DNA of 64,000 nt from Candidatus Bruticola papionis. Its GTDB lineage: Bacteria; Vulcanimicrobiota; Xenobia; Xenobiales; Xenobiaceae. Shown one piece after another: positions 35,762 to 44,816 of this stretch. How positions within the stretch are numbered: position 1 is the first letter of the stretch; each line of letters starts with the position of its first letter. The notes beneath the pieces were generated by a model. That model was not told the origin of the DNA, did not search any database, and saw only the letters and a list, made by a program, of their open reading frames with translations. The stretch spans positions 37,786 through 101,785 of the forward strand of contig DHKB01000034.1 of assembly GCA_002407045.1 (NCBI GenBank). The letters run 5' to 3'. The translations under genes were made by a program, and so were the position numbers.

Positions 35762-36361
35762 TTAAGCTTTCGTATCTTCTTCAGCGGAAGTATTTTCAGT
35801 GGAAGTTACTTCATTTTTAATTTCAGTAGACTCCCCGACTTCCGTTCTTTCTTCAGTTGCTTTGAAAGCTTCTTGTTCAGCTTCTGTTTCTTCTTCTGGA
35901 TTGGCTGTTACTGGATGCACATTTTCAGCGATATCGATATAGACGCGTCCATCCAAGTGATCACATTCATGCTGAGCACAACGAGCGAAGAGTCCTTCTC
36001 CTTCATAGCTGACTCTTTGACCATTCTCATCCAAGCCGCTCAAGCGGACTTTAGAACAACGCCATACTTCACCTTCTAATCCAGGATAAGAGAGGCAACC
36101 TTCCATGCCCAATTCTTCTTCGTCACTCAAAAAAGTGACTTTAGGGTTGGCTAATTTGATAGGGCCGTCACCTACATCTATAACGATTAAACGGCGGGAA
36201 ATTCCTACTTGAGGAGCAGCTAAACCTACACCAGGAGCCGCATACATAGTTTCCAACATGCGATCAAAGATATCGCGAACCTTCTGATCGACTCTCTCTA
36301 CAGGTTTGCATTTGCGACGTAAAATAGGATCATCGTTAATTCTTATTTTAAATGTAGACAT
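35762..36361 (-). CDS. def: Peptide deformylase with acidic C-terminal extension
   Basis: GVGLAAPQVG, EGCLS and HECDHL are present. The extra C-terminal ~35 aa is Glu/Thr-rich. Confidence 0.9.
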   Translation of the reverse strand: MSTFKIRINDDPILRRKCKPVERVDQKVRDIFDRMLETMYAAPGVGLAAPQVGISRRLIVIDVGDGPIKLANPKVTFLSDEEELGMEGCLSYPGLEGEVWRCSKVRLSGLDENGQRVSYEGEGLFARCAQHECDHLDGRVYIDIAENVHPVTANPEEETEAEQEAFKATEERTEVGESTEIKNEVTSTENTSAEEDTKA

Positions 36362-36531
36362 AATACTTTTCCTTAAATAACAAGACCGAATGTCGGCCTA
36401 CAGAAACTTTTTCTAGGGAAAAAGACCCGCTACCAATTGACACTCGGTCGTAGCTTAATCAACGCAGCTCCCTAATAGCCATTGACAGTATTTTACCGAA
36501 AGCTTAGGGAACTGACGCCAGCAGAATCATC

Positions 36532-37542
36532 TTAGAAAGAAGGAGCGAACTCATTCATAGGATCAGACTCTTTTTCTTCAGCAGGAGCTGCCGGTTTAGC
36601 TTGAGTCTCGGCAGGAGCCGGAGTGGCTTTAACTTTGGGTTGCTCAGCAGGCTTTTCAACTTTGGGCGGATCATGCATAATGAGAGCTTTACAATCGACC
36701 GGCACTCTATTGTAGTTGAACCAAATAGGGTTGTCAGGAGTGAAAGTATAGCTTTGTCCAGCTTCCAAAATACCTACATCTTTGCTCCAAGTGTTTACTA
36801 CAGTTCCATCATAAAGCACGGCATTGACGTTAAACTGTACGCCACTGAGAGAAGTATTGCCAGTATTGGTAATTTTGGCACTATTAAAGTGGACTTCAGC
36901 AGTATAGGCACCACCGGCATCGTTATTAAACCAATCAATACTATTGACAGCAATAGGAGATTGAGAATTACTGCCATCAGTTTCGATTTTGCCCTGGGCG
37001 TTAAGTTTGTACTTTACTTCACCACCGCTTTTTTTAGCTGAATCAACATTTTTACCAGCACCTTTGGAAACGCTGGAACGCGGAGTAGCTGCAGCTACTT
37101 GAGCTTTGGTAACAGGGACGATTAAATCGATACTGCCAATAGCTGAGGAAACTGTATATTTTAAACCAAAATATTTAGCGAAAGTCTGTACATCAACAGT
37201 TAAACGGCCAGCCCTAAGAGCAGTAGGCAGAACAAATTCTTTGCCGCCAAAAACTACCTTGCTAATATCCGAAGTAAGGAGAGGACCATTATCTTCTCCT
37301 TTAAAACTCTTCTTAGATTCTGTGGCAGTATAAACGTACAACTTGCTGCCATCCAAATTCCAAGTGTAATTTAAGGACTTAAGTAAATCGTCCAAATTTG
37401 CTTTGACAGTTTCTCCGGAAATAACGGCACTGCCTTTAAATGGACGGTTGCGTACATAGAAATCGTAATCAGCGGCACTTACTGAAGCGGCAGAGCCCAG
37501 TAAAATAGCAGCCGTCAAAAAGCCATAGAAAAATTTGTTCAT
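36532..37542 (-). CDS. Secreted hypothetical protein with Pro/Ala/Lys-rich C-terminal tail
   Basis: The ATG at 37542 has GGAGG 7 nt upstream. The signal peptide is MNKFFYGFLTAAILLGSAASVSA|ADY. Confidence 0.55.
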   Translation of the reverse strand: MNKFFYGFLTAAILLGSAASVSAADYDFYVRNRPFKGSAVISGETVKANLDDLLKSLNYTWNLDGSKLYVYTATESKKSFKGEDNGPLLTSDISKVVFGGKEFVLPTALRAGRLTVDVQTFAKYFGLKYTVSSAIGSIDLIVPVTKAQVAAATPRSSVSKGAGKNVDSAKKSGGEVKYKLNAQGKIETDGSNSQSPIAVNSIDWFNNDAGGAYTAEVHFNSAKITNTGNTSLSGVQFNVNAVLYDGTVVNTWSKDVGILEAGQSYTFTPDNPIWFNYNRVPVDCKALIMHDPPKVEKPAEQPKVKATPAPAETQAKPAAPAEEKESDPMNEFAPSF

Positions 37543-37813
37543 TCTTAGTCCTCCAAAAATATGAGAAACTTCTTCCTGCCGAATTGCACTTTTTAGCGAA
37601 CGGCACTGCTTCAAAGGTAGCAAAAACAAAGTGCTATAAAATGCGCTGCCCTTTCAGCAATTCAGCCGAACCACCTCAGCATCTCTGAAGTTTGAAATTC
37701 AACATAGACAAAGAATATCCGCCCGCCACAGCTCACAAACAATGTAGTCAAAAGAGAGCCCAATTTGACAGCAAATAAAAACGCTGCTGAAAATAGGGCT
37801 CCAAGCCAGCGAA

Positions 37814-39187
37814 CTACTTCACAAACTTTAGGTCTATAGGCGTACCTACAAAGCCAAAAGCTTCGCGCAACTGATTTTCCAGATAGCGCTTATAAGAGAA
37901 GTGAACTAAATCGGGAGAGTTGCACTTAAAGGTAAAACGAGGCGGAGCGCTGGGTCTCTGGCTCACATATTTTATTTTCAAACGCTCACCCTTGTAACTT
38001 GGCGGTGGCCTTAAAGCTACAGCTTCTTTAACAACTTGGTTGAGTACAGGAGTGGGAACTCGGCGGCAAGATTCGTCATATGAATCTAAAGCTGCTTCCA
38101 AAATTTCATCGACTCCGTCACCAGTCAGAGCGGAAGAGAAAATAACTGGAGCATAAGCCATAAACTCCAAATCTTTGCCCAACTTTTTGACAAAGCGCTG
38201 TTTCCATTCCTCAACTTTAGCTCCGTTGGCCAGACCTTCTCCTTCTTCTCCAGCTAATTCACGCACTAAGTCCCATTTATTGACTACAATAACGGAAGGC
38301 TTACCAGATTCGTGAATATCGCCAGCTACGCGCTTATCTTGAGCTACCACGCCATCTCTGGCATCGATAACCAAAATAGCTACATCAGCTTTTTCTAAAG
38401 ATTGGGAAGCTCTGACACTAGAATAGAACTCGACACTCTCATCGACCTTAGCTTGACGGCGCAAACCAGCAGTATCAATTAAGCGCACTACTCTATCACC
38501 GTATTCGACTACGGTTTCTACGGAATCACGCGTAGTTCCAGCCTGATCGTGAACGATACTGCGCTCCTGACCTATAAGGCGATTCATAGTAGAAGATTTG
38601 CCCACATTGGGACGGCCTACCAAAGCGATAGAGACTTCCTGCTCCTCACTAGGCTTAACCTCGGCAGGCAATCTTTCTAAAATAGCATCAAGAAGATCTC
38701 CAGTGGAGATACCGTGAATGGCCGAAACAGGATAGGGATCGCCCATGCCCAAAGCATAAAATTCGACAGCATGAGTTTCAATATCTAGAGTTTCGGCTTT
38801 GTTGGCAATAAGCAATACCGGTTTCTTAGAGCGACGTAAGATATTAGCTACTTCTTCATCCAAAGGTTGGACACCAGCACGAATATCAACAACAAAAAGC
38901 ACTAAATCAGATTCATCGACAGCCGTTTGAGCTTGTTGATGAATATCGCGGCGCAGAATATCGGGGTCGTTAGGATCGATACCTCCGGTATCGCAAACGG
39001 TAAAAGTACGTCCATTCCACTCACATGTACCGTAAATACGGTCGCGAGTAATGCCAGGCGTATCTTCTACAATAGCTTTGCGCTCGCCAGTCAAACGATT
39101 AAACAGCGCCGATTTACCCACATTGGGGCGACCGACTATAGCTACCATAGCGTTGCTGTTTAAACGCGGCTTAGCTTGATTGTTCAT
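37814..39187 (-). CDS. der: Ribosome-biogenesis GTPase Der (EngA), double GTPase + KH-like domain
   Basis: Two G1 motifs are present: GRPNVGKSALFNRL and GRPNVGKSSTMNRL. The DTGG/DTAG G3 motifs and NKWDL/NKAE G4 motifs are also present. Confidence 0.9.
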   Translation of the reverse strand: MNNQAKPRLNSNAMVAIVGRPNVGKSALFNRLTGERKAIVEDTPGITRDRIYGTCEWNGRTFTVCDTGGIDPNDPDILRRDIHQQAQTAVDESDLVLFVVDIRAGVQPLDEEVANILRRSKKPVLLIANKAETLDIETHAVEFYALGMGDPYPVSAIHGISTGDLLDAILERLPAEVKPSEEQEVSIALVGRPNVGKSSTMNRLIGQERSIVHDQAGTTRDSVETVVEYGDRVVRLIDTAGLRRQAKVDESVEFYSSVRASQSLEKADVAILVIDARDGVVAQDKRVAGDIHESGKPSVIVVNKWDLVRELAGEEGEGLANGAKVEEWKQRFVKKLGKDLEFMAYAPVIFSSALTGDGVDEILEAALDSYDESCRRVPTPVLNQVVKEAVALRPPPSYKGERLKIKYVSQRPSAPPRFTFKCNSPDLVHFSYKRYLENQLREAFGFVGTPIDLKFVK

Positions 39188-39289
39188 GTATTTTTATTTC
39201 CTATAGTTTTGTACAGGCAACTCTTGCAAAAGAACTGCCATTAAGTTAAACATTTGCAGCCCCGGCTTTGCGAAAGTCTGAGCTTTTTA

Positions 39290-40141
39290 TTAAGAGCGAG
39301 ACACCGGCCCTAAAGCTTGCAATTGAGCAATCGAGCTCATAACCTGGTTGCAAACTTCTTTCATAGCCTTAGGATCGGGACGTTCATTTAAGGCTACAGG
39401 TATGGGTTTACCAAAGCGAACACTCAAACGACGTCCGCAAGGAATACCGTGATTGTGCCCTATTTCATAAGTATTAAAAACACAAGCTGGAACTATTGGC
39501 ACACCGCTTTTTAAGGCCATGACAGAAACTCCAAGCTTGCCTCTTTGCAACTTTCCGTCTTTGGAACGGGTACCTTCAGGAAAAATCCCGACTATTCGAC
39601 CATTCTTAAGCAAATCGATAGCTTGGTTGACAGAGCTACCATCTTTTGAGCTTCGATCCACCCAAACACAACCACAGCCAGCCAGAATTCTGCCCAAAAC
39701 AGGAATCATAAAAAGCTCTTTTTTAGCTACAAAATGTACCTGTCTAAAACTGATAGCAATGCTAACCAGAGGCGGATCGAATAGAGACACATGGTTTGAG
39801 GCGATTAAGCACCCACCCTCTTTAGGAATATTTTCCAGTCCTTCAGCATCGACTCCAAATAAAGTGTTACAGTATAAATATACAACACTGCGAGCAACTT
39901 TATATAAAGTTTGTTTAAAGTCTGGTGGCTTCAAGCAAACTTTGCCCAACGGTGTGTTGCGCAAACTTTCAGGAATTATCCGCAGCGAAGACAAAACAGT
40001 ATCGCTAGCGCTAGCTTTGCCATCTGCAGGTGCTAAGTTCTCGGTAAGACTTGCAACAGCTACCGACTTATCCGAAAAAGTGTCGGTATTCTGACCCTGG
40101 CTTTGCTCACTCATAGGCAGAGACGGCCTCAGCATAATCAC
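39290..40141 (-). CDS. plsC: 1-acyl-sn-glycerol-3-phosphate acyltransferase
   Basis: SNHVSLFDPP (HxxxxD), FPEGTRS and VPIVP are present. A ~60-aa N-terminal extension in the long frame overlaps the cmk end, so the true start is probably internal (e.g. MSEQS at ~40114). Confidence 0.8.
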   Translation of the reverse strand: MIMLRPSLPMSEQSQGQNTDTFSDKSVAVASLTENLAPADGKASASDTVLSSLRIIPESLRNTPLGKVCLKPPDFKQTLYKVARSVVYLYCNTLFGVDAEGLENIPKEGGCLIASNHVSLFDPPLVSIAISFRQVHFVAKKELFMIPVLGRILAGCGCVWVDRSSKDGSSVNQAIDLLKNGRIVGIFPEGTRSKDGKLQRGKLGVSVMALKSGVPIVPACVFNTYEIGHNHGIPCGRRLSVRFGKPIPVALNERPDPKAMKEVCNQVMSSIAQLQALGPVSRS

Positions 40142-40841
40142 GACAAATTATGTCGGCTACTTCTTCAGCACTCAGAGAGCTACAATCTATATAAGTAGCT
40201 CCTGGCGCTTTTACTAGAGGTGAATCAGCTCTATGAGTATCTTCATAGTCACGCTCGGCCAATTGCTTATAAATATCATCGTAAGTGAGAGTGTTGCCAG
40301 GACGTTTTTGCATATCTAACAAACGACGGCGCGACCTCTCTTCCAAGCTGGCATCTAAGAAATACTTTAACCTAGCCTCAGGCAAAACGACAGTGCAAAT
40401 ATCGCGACCGGCCATAACAATGCCGCCCTCATTGGCAATTTGTTTTTGTCTTTCTACCATATCAGCTCTAACAGCCGAACAACTGGCCACCTTAGAGACC
40501 GCTCCACTTACCCTGGGACTATGTAAATCAGCGGTGATGTCATGTCCATCAACAAAGACTTTGCAACCGGCGACATTGTCTTTATCTGGCTCGAGACGCA
40601 AATCTAAATTTTGCGATAACAGCCCTAAGGACTTAGCATCATCTAAAGCACAATTTTGCTCCAGAGCTTGCCAAGTTGCGGCTCTATACATCATTCCGGT
40701 ATCTAAATAGAGCAATCCTAAGCGAGCAGCAACTAAGCGAGCCACCGTGGTTTTACCTCCGGCAGCTGGCCCATCGATAGCGATATTGATATTGCGATTA
40801 CACATGGTTCTGGAGTCCCTCATATATGCAAATAAACGCAC
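40107..40841 (-). CDS. cmk: Cytidylate kinase
   Basis: IAIDGPAAGGKTTVARLVA is a P-loop with cmk-type context. Possible later starts are at 40823/40805. Confidence 0.85.
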   Translation of the reverse strand: MRLFAYMRDSRTMCNRNINIAIDGPAAGGKTTVARLVAARLGLLYLDTGMMYRAATWQALEQNCALDDAKSLGLLSQNLDLRLEPDKDNVAGCKVFVDGHDITADLHSPRVSGAVSKVASCSAVRADMVERQKQIANEGGIVMAGRDICTVVLPEARLKYFLDASLEERSRRRLLDMQKRPGNTLTYDDIYKQLAERDYEDTHRADSPLVKAPGATYIDCSSLSAEEVADIICRDYAEAVSAYE

Positions 40842-41075
40842 TTCTCGAACTACCTACTGAGGCGAGAAGACAAATTCCGGTGCGTTTCGCAGCATTTTCG
40901 CCAGACAGGTTCGCCATGCCAACCTTTATCCCCTACCTAAGAGGCGAAGTGCTTCTAGTAAGAATGGACTAAAACGGCCTTAAACGGCCATATGCTTTTA
41001 GTACAGCAGGAAAATACGCCAACTATCGAGAGATTTTGACATATTTGAACATACATTCCCCAAAGTAAGCTAGGA

Positions 41076-41657
41076 ATGCCGGACAAAAGGATTTTATTTA
41101 TGAATAAGGCTATTTTTTTAGATCGAGATGGTACTCTTATTGAAGAAGTGAACTTCTTGCACAAACCTGAGCAAGTGCGCTGGATCGAGGGAGTTCGAGA
41201 AAGGTTGGCCGCTTTATATAAGCAAGGCTGGCGTTTAATTATGGTAACTAACCAATCTGGAGTAGCTCGCGGCTATTTTACTATGGATGACGTCAATAAA
41301 GTGTATGCATACATGCAAGACACTTTGCGCCCTTATGGAGCGCATTTTCAAGCTATGTATTGCTGTCCACACCATCCTGTATTTTCTCAAAATGAAGCCG
41401 ATCGCCATTGTTCTTGTCGCAAACCTAAGCCTGGTATGTATTTGCAAGCTCAGAAAGACTGGGACTTGGACTTATCTCAATCTATAGCTTTTGGCGATAA
41501 ATTAACCGATATAGAAGCTCCTTTATCCTTGGGCTGTCGCTGCTTTTTAGTAGGGACTGGTTATGGAGCTAGTGAAGCGAGCAAGTTACAAGATGATCGC
41601 TACGCCAAAATAGAAACATGTTCCGATCTGGCAGCCGGACTAGATCTTTTTCTTTAA
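41076..41657 (+). CDS. gmhB: D-glycero-D-manno-heptose 1,7-bisphosphate phosphatase (HAD, HisB-N family)
   Basis: AIFLDRDGTLIEE, NQSGVARGYF, and CPHHP...CSCRKPKPGM (Zn motif) are present. The probable start is ATG 41100 (MNKAIFLDRDG). Confidence 0.8.
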   Translation: MPDKRILFMNKAIFLDRDGTLIEEVNFLHKPEQVRWIEGVRERLAALYKQGWRLIMVTNQSGVARGYFTMDDVNKVYAYMQDTLRPYGAHFQAMYCCPHHPVFSQNEADRHCSCRKPKPGMYLQAQKDWDLDLSQSIAFGDKLTDIEAPLSLGCRCFLVGTGYGASEASKLQDDRYAKIETCSDLAAGLDLFL

Positions 41658-43696
41658 ATGAGCGACTGAGGCTCGGGATCAACAGAAATACGCACTTCGG
41701 GATGTTTCTTGCCCAGCTTTTCAGCTATTCCGGCACAACTAGAGACAAACTGACCAAGGCCACAATGGGGGTGACCTTTAACCAATAAGTGCCAACGATA
41801 TTGACCTTGGATGCGTTCTATAGGGCAAGGAGCTGGGCCAACCACTTCTCCTTTTGTCAAAGAAGATCGCATAATGTCGGCAGTTTCTATGGCGGCCAGC
41901 TGAACTTTTTGCGGCTCTGGGCCAGAAAAAATAAAACGTAACAAACGGCAAAAGGGTGGATAAAGTAGCTGGCGACGCACTTTTATTTCGCTATCGTACA
42001 TGGCTTGATAGTCGTGCTTCACCACAGCTTCAACAATGGGATGTTCCACATTCCAAGCTTGAATAATCACTTCTCCGCCCAGTTGGCCCCGCCCAGCTCG
42101 TCCAGCAGCTTGAGAAAGTAGTTGGAAAGTACGCTCACCGGCTCTAAAGTCGGGCTGGTTTAACTCGGCGTCGGCTCGCAAAATACCAACTAAGGTAATT
42201 TTCGGATAATCCAATCCTTTGGCAATCATTTTAGTGCCAAGCAGAATTTGTGTCTTGCCACTGCCAAATTCTTCCAAAATAGCTTGATGAGCGCCTTTAC
42301 GTCCAACTGTATCTCGATCTAGCCTAGAAATGCCAACTCCAGGAAAAAGTTCGGAAATTTCCGCAGCTAAGCGCTCCGATCCAGGAGCGCCCACTTTAAA
42401 ACTGATTGCTTTACAATTGGGACAGCAGTTGCTCACAGGCTGGTGATAATCGCAATAGTGGCAAATCATGCTCTTAGAGCTGCGGTGCCAAGTCAGACTT
42501 ATACTACAACGAGGGCACATAGGCACGTAACCGCATTTGCTGCACTGTAAATTGCTGGCAAAACCGCGCCTATTAAGTAATAAAACAGATTGTTCTCCTC
42601 GGGCTAAGCGAAGCTTTAAGGCTTCATACAACGCCTGAGAGATCAAGCTATTATTCTTCTCTTGGCGCATATCAACTAAACGTACTGGAGGTAAAGGACG
42701 ACCTCCGGGGCGTGATTCTAGCTTAGCTAAGCGATAAACACCTTTCTGTGCCAAATAAAAACTTTCAATAGACGGCGTGGCACTACCCAGAACTAAAGCG
42801 GCTTTATGTCTTTGAGCTCGCATAAAAGCTACCTGGCGAGCATGATAGCGCGGCTGGTTTTCTTGCTTGTAAGAAGATTCATGCTCTTCATCGACACAAA
42901 TAAAGCCAATATTGTCAAAAGGAGCGAAAATGGCCGACCTAGTCCCCAGAGCCACGCTGAGTTCACCGCGCCGCATAGCCCACCAATAATCACGCCGGGA
43001 AGCTTCAGTTAAAGCTGAATGCAAAACGCCTACTCTGTCTCCTAAGCGTCCTTTGTAGCGTTCTACTGCTTGTGGAGTCAAAGACAGTTCCGGAACTAAG
43101 ACAATCCCTTGCCTACCCTGTTCTAAAATACGGTGTAGTGCTTGCAAATAGACTTCCGTTTTGCCACTTCCTGTCACTCCATAAAGTAATACAGGCTTAC
43201 CATCTTGGGCCGATTGGCAAATCATATTTACAGCAGTCTCTTGAGCAGAGGTGAGAGGTATTAAAGGATAGGCAGCTGTCTCTACTTTAGCTTCTGTTTT
43301 GCGTTTGGACAAAATTCGCTTTTTGGCCCACATAGCCCGCATACGCTTCATTACCGGAGCGGGGACTACCGTTTGAAAGCTGTCATACCAAGAGCCAGCA
43401 TAATATCGACGCATGATATTAACTAATTGCATAAGCTCATCACCCCAAAAGGGAGCTTCTTCCAACACTTTGGCAATAGGGCGCAAAGAATACTGACGTT
43501 CTTCTTCAGAAAGCTCGTTACAAACTTCGACAACAACTCCGTTGAGAGTGCGAGAAGCTAAAGGAACTTCAACTACGCAGCCAGCGACCAAACTACGTTG
43601 GTATTCTTGAGGTATTTCATAGGTAAAAAGACGATTTAAAGCCCGCGCCGAAGACTCAACTACAACGCGGGCATACTTGTGACCAAAAGAATCCAC
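41654..43696 (-). CDS. priA: Primosomal protein N' (replication restart helicase)
   Basis: GVTGSGKTEVY Walker A, VDEEHE, and Cys4 zinc-binding region CSKCGYVPMCPRCS...CHYCDY...CPNCK are present. Confidence 0.9.
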   Translation of the reverse strand: MDSFGHKYARVVVESSARALNRLFTYEIPQEYQRSLVAGCVVEVPLASRTLNGVVVEVCNELSEEERQYSLRPIAKVLEEAPFWGDELMQLVNIMRRYYAGSWYDSFQTVVPAPVMKRMRAMWAKKRILSKRKTEAKVETAAYPLIPLTSAQETAVNMICQSAQDGKPVLLYGVTGSGKTEVYLQALHRILEQGRQGIVLVPELSLTPQAVERYKGRLGDRVGVLHSALTEASRRDYWWAMRRGELSVALGTRSAIFAPFDNIGFICVDEEHESSYKQENQPRYHARQVAFMRAQRHKAALVLGSATPSIESFYLAQKGVYRLAKLESRPGGRPLPPVRLVDMRQEKNNSLISQALYEALKLRLARGEQSVLLLNRRGFASNLQCSKCGYVPMCPRCSISLTWHRSSKSMICHYCDYHQPVSNCCPNCKAISFKVGAPGSERLAAEISELFPGVGISRLDRDTVGRKGAHQAILEEFGSGKTQILLGTKMIAKGLDYPKITLVGILRADAELNQPDFRAGERTFQLLSQAAGRAGRGQLGGEVIIQAWNVEHPIVEAVVKHDYQAMYDSEIKVRRQLLYPPFCRLLRFIFSGPEPQKVQLAAIETADIMRSSLTKGEVVGPAPCPIERIQGQYRWHLLVKGHPHCGLGQFVSSCAGIAEKLGKKHPEVRISVDPEPQSLI

Positions 43697-43712
43697 GGAC
43701 TCTTAAGCTCGT

Positions 43713-44747
43713 TTACTTATCTAAAGTTACTAAAATAGCCTTATCGAAGCCGTGATCCTTCAGGCGTTGTAAAGCAGCTTCGGCGTCGGCTCTAGTAGAG
43801 AACGAACCGGAATAAACTCTATAGAAGAAGCTACCACCGGAGCGTTCGAACTTGCGATAAATCGCCTCATAACCTTTAGCTTTGAGAGAATCTACTAATT
43901 CTTTGGCATTAACTTCGTTGGAGAAAGCACCTACCTGGCAACTGAGATATTTACCCTCGGGAACAGGAGCGTATTTTTTGTTGGAAGTTGGAGCTTGGCT
44001 GGAAGATACGGCCGGAGCTTTGACAGAAGCGTTAGAGCGCACAGTAGAAGAAGCCGGAGCAGTAGAAGGAGCTTTTACGGACGGCTTAATAGCGGGAGCT
44101 TTGGTATTTTTAGATTGACTAACAGAACTGGTGCTAGTAGAGCTTATTTCAGTCTTGGTAGTAGTTTGAGCTTTGCTGACAGACGGTACAGGAAGAGCTC
44201 CGCCAGCTAAAAGATTTTCGGCATAGTTAAACACATCGGTAGCAGCTCGTTTTTCGTTAACTATACGATCGATGCGGTAGATAACTTTGCTGGGCAAGCG
44301 ATCATTAAGCGCAATGACACCCAAGAAGAGCAAATCTTCACCTAAAATGTTGAGTTTTTTCTCACAGAACTGCTTCTCACGGTCATGGTTAATATGATAA
44401 GAAAAAACTTGCATACCAGAGCGGGCACGATTGTATTTATAGGCGCCTTTTTCATCTTTTTCCGCTAAAAGCTTAGTAATTTCCGAAATCAATTCTTTTT
44501 CGGAACGTACCATATCAGGCTTAGATTCGTCGCCAACAATAAGAACGGCATAACCACTATTTTTAGTTTCTGGCTCTGCGGCCCAAGCTGCTTTATGAAA
44601 AGAACCGAATCCGCATAAAAATGCAAATACCAGAGCCACAATCGCTGCGATATTGAAGCGAATACTTCTGAATAAGTTTGTATTCAAGGTGAAACCTCCG
44701 ATCAGTCTATGACAAGCTTTCCAAATAGCCCGAAATAAACCGGTCAC
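43713..44747 (-). CDS. Membrane-anchored protein with C-terminal SPOR (septal peptidoglycan-binding) domain
   Basis: An N-terminal TM segment is followed by a Ser/Thr/Ala-rich linker. The C-terminal YLSCQVGAFSNEVNAKELVDSLKAKGYEAIYRK...FFYRVYSGSFSTRADAEAALQRLK matches SPOR. Confidence 0.7.
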   Translation of the reverse strand: MTGLFRAIWKACHRLIGGFTLNTNLFRSIRFNIAAIVALVFAFLCGFGSFHKAAWAAEPETKNSGYAVLIVGDESKPDMVRSEKELISEITKLLAEKDEKGAYKYNRARSGMQVFSYHINHDREKQFCEKKLNILGEDLLFLGVIALNDRLPSKVIYRIDRIVNEKRAATDVFNYAENLLAGGALPVPSVSKAQTTTKTEISSTSTSSVSQSKNTKAPAIKPSVKAPSTAPASSTVRSNASVKAPAVSSSQAPTSNKKYAPVPEGKYLSCQVGAFSNEVNAKELVDSLKAKGYEAIYRKFERSGGSFFYRVYSGSFSTRADAEAALQRLKDHGFDKAILVTLDK

Positions 44748-44816
44748 ATAAACTACAAAATATCGAGGGGCAGACTTTTTTGCAAATCAGTCTGCTAATC
44801 CTCCCCTCCCACTTTT

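Noticed and set aside
39519-40094. 191-aa ORF on + strand
   Set aside because: It lies entirely antisense within the well-supported plsC gene (HxxxxD, FPEGTRS motifs). There are no motifs of its own and no independent start context, so it is spurious.
39290-40141. plsC as the missing AGPAT module of the Pfa3-like synthase
   Set aside because: It is 27 kb away and on the opposite strand. It is embedded in the conserved cmk-plsC-der housekeeping neighbourhood, so it is most likely the general phospholipid acyltransferase.
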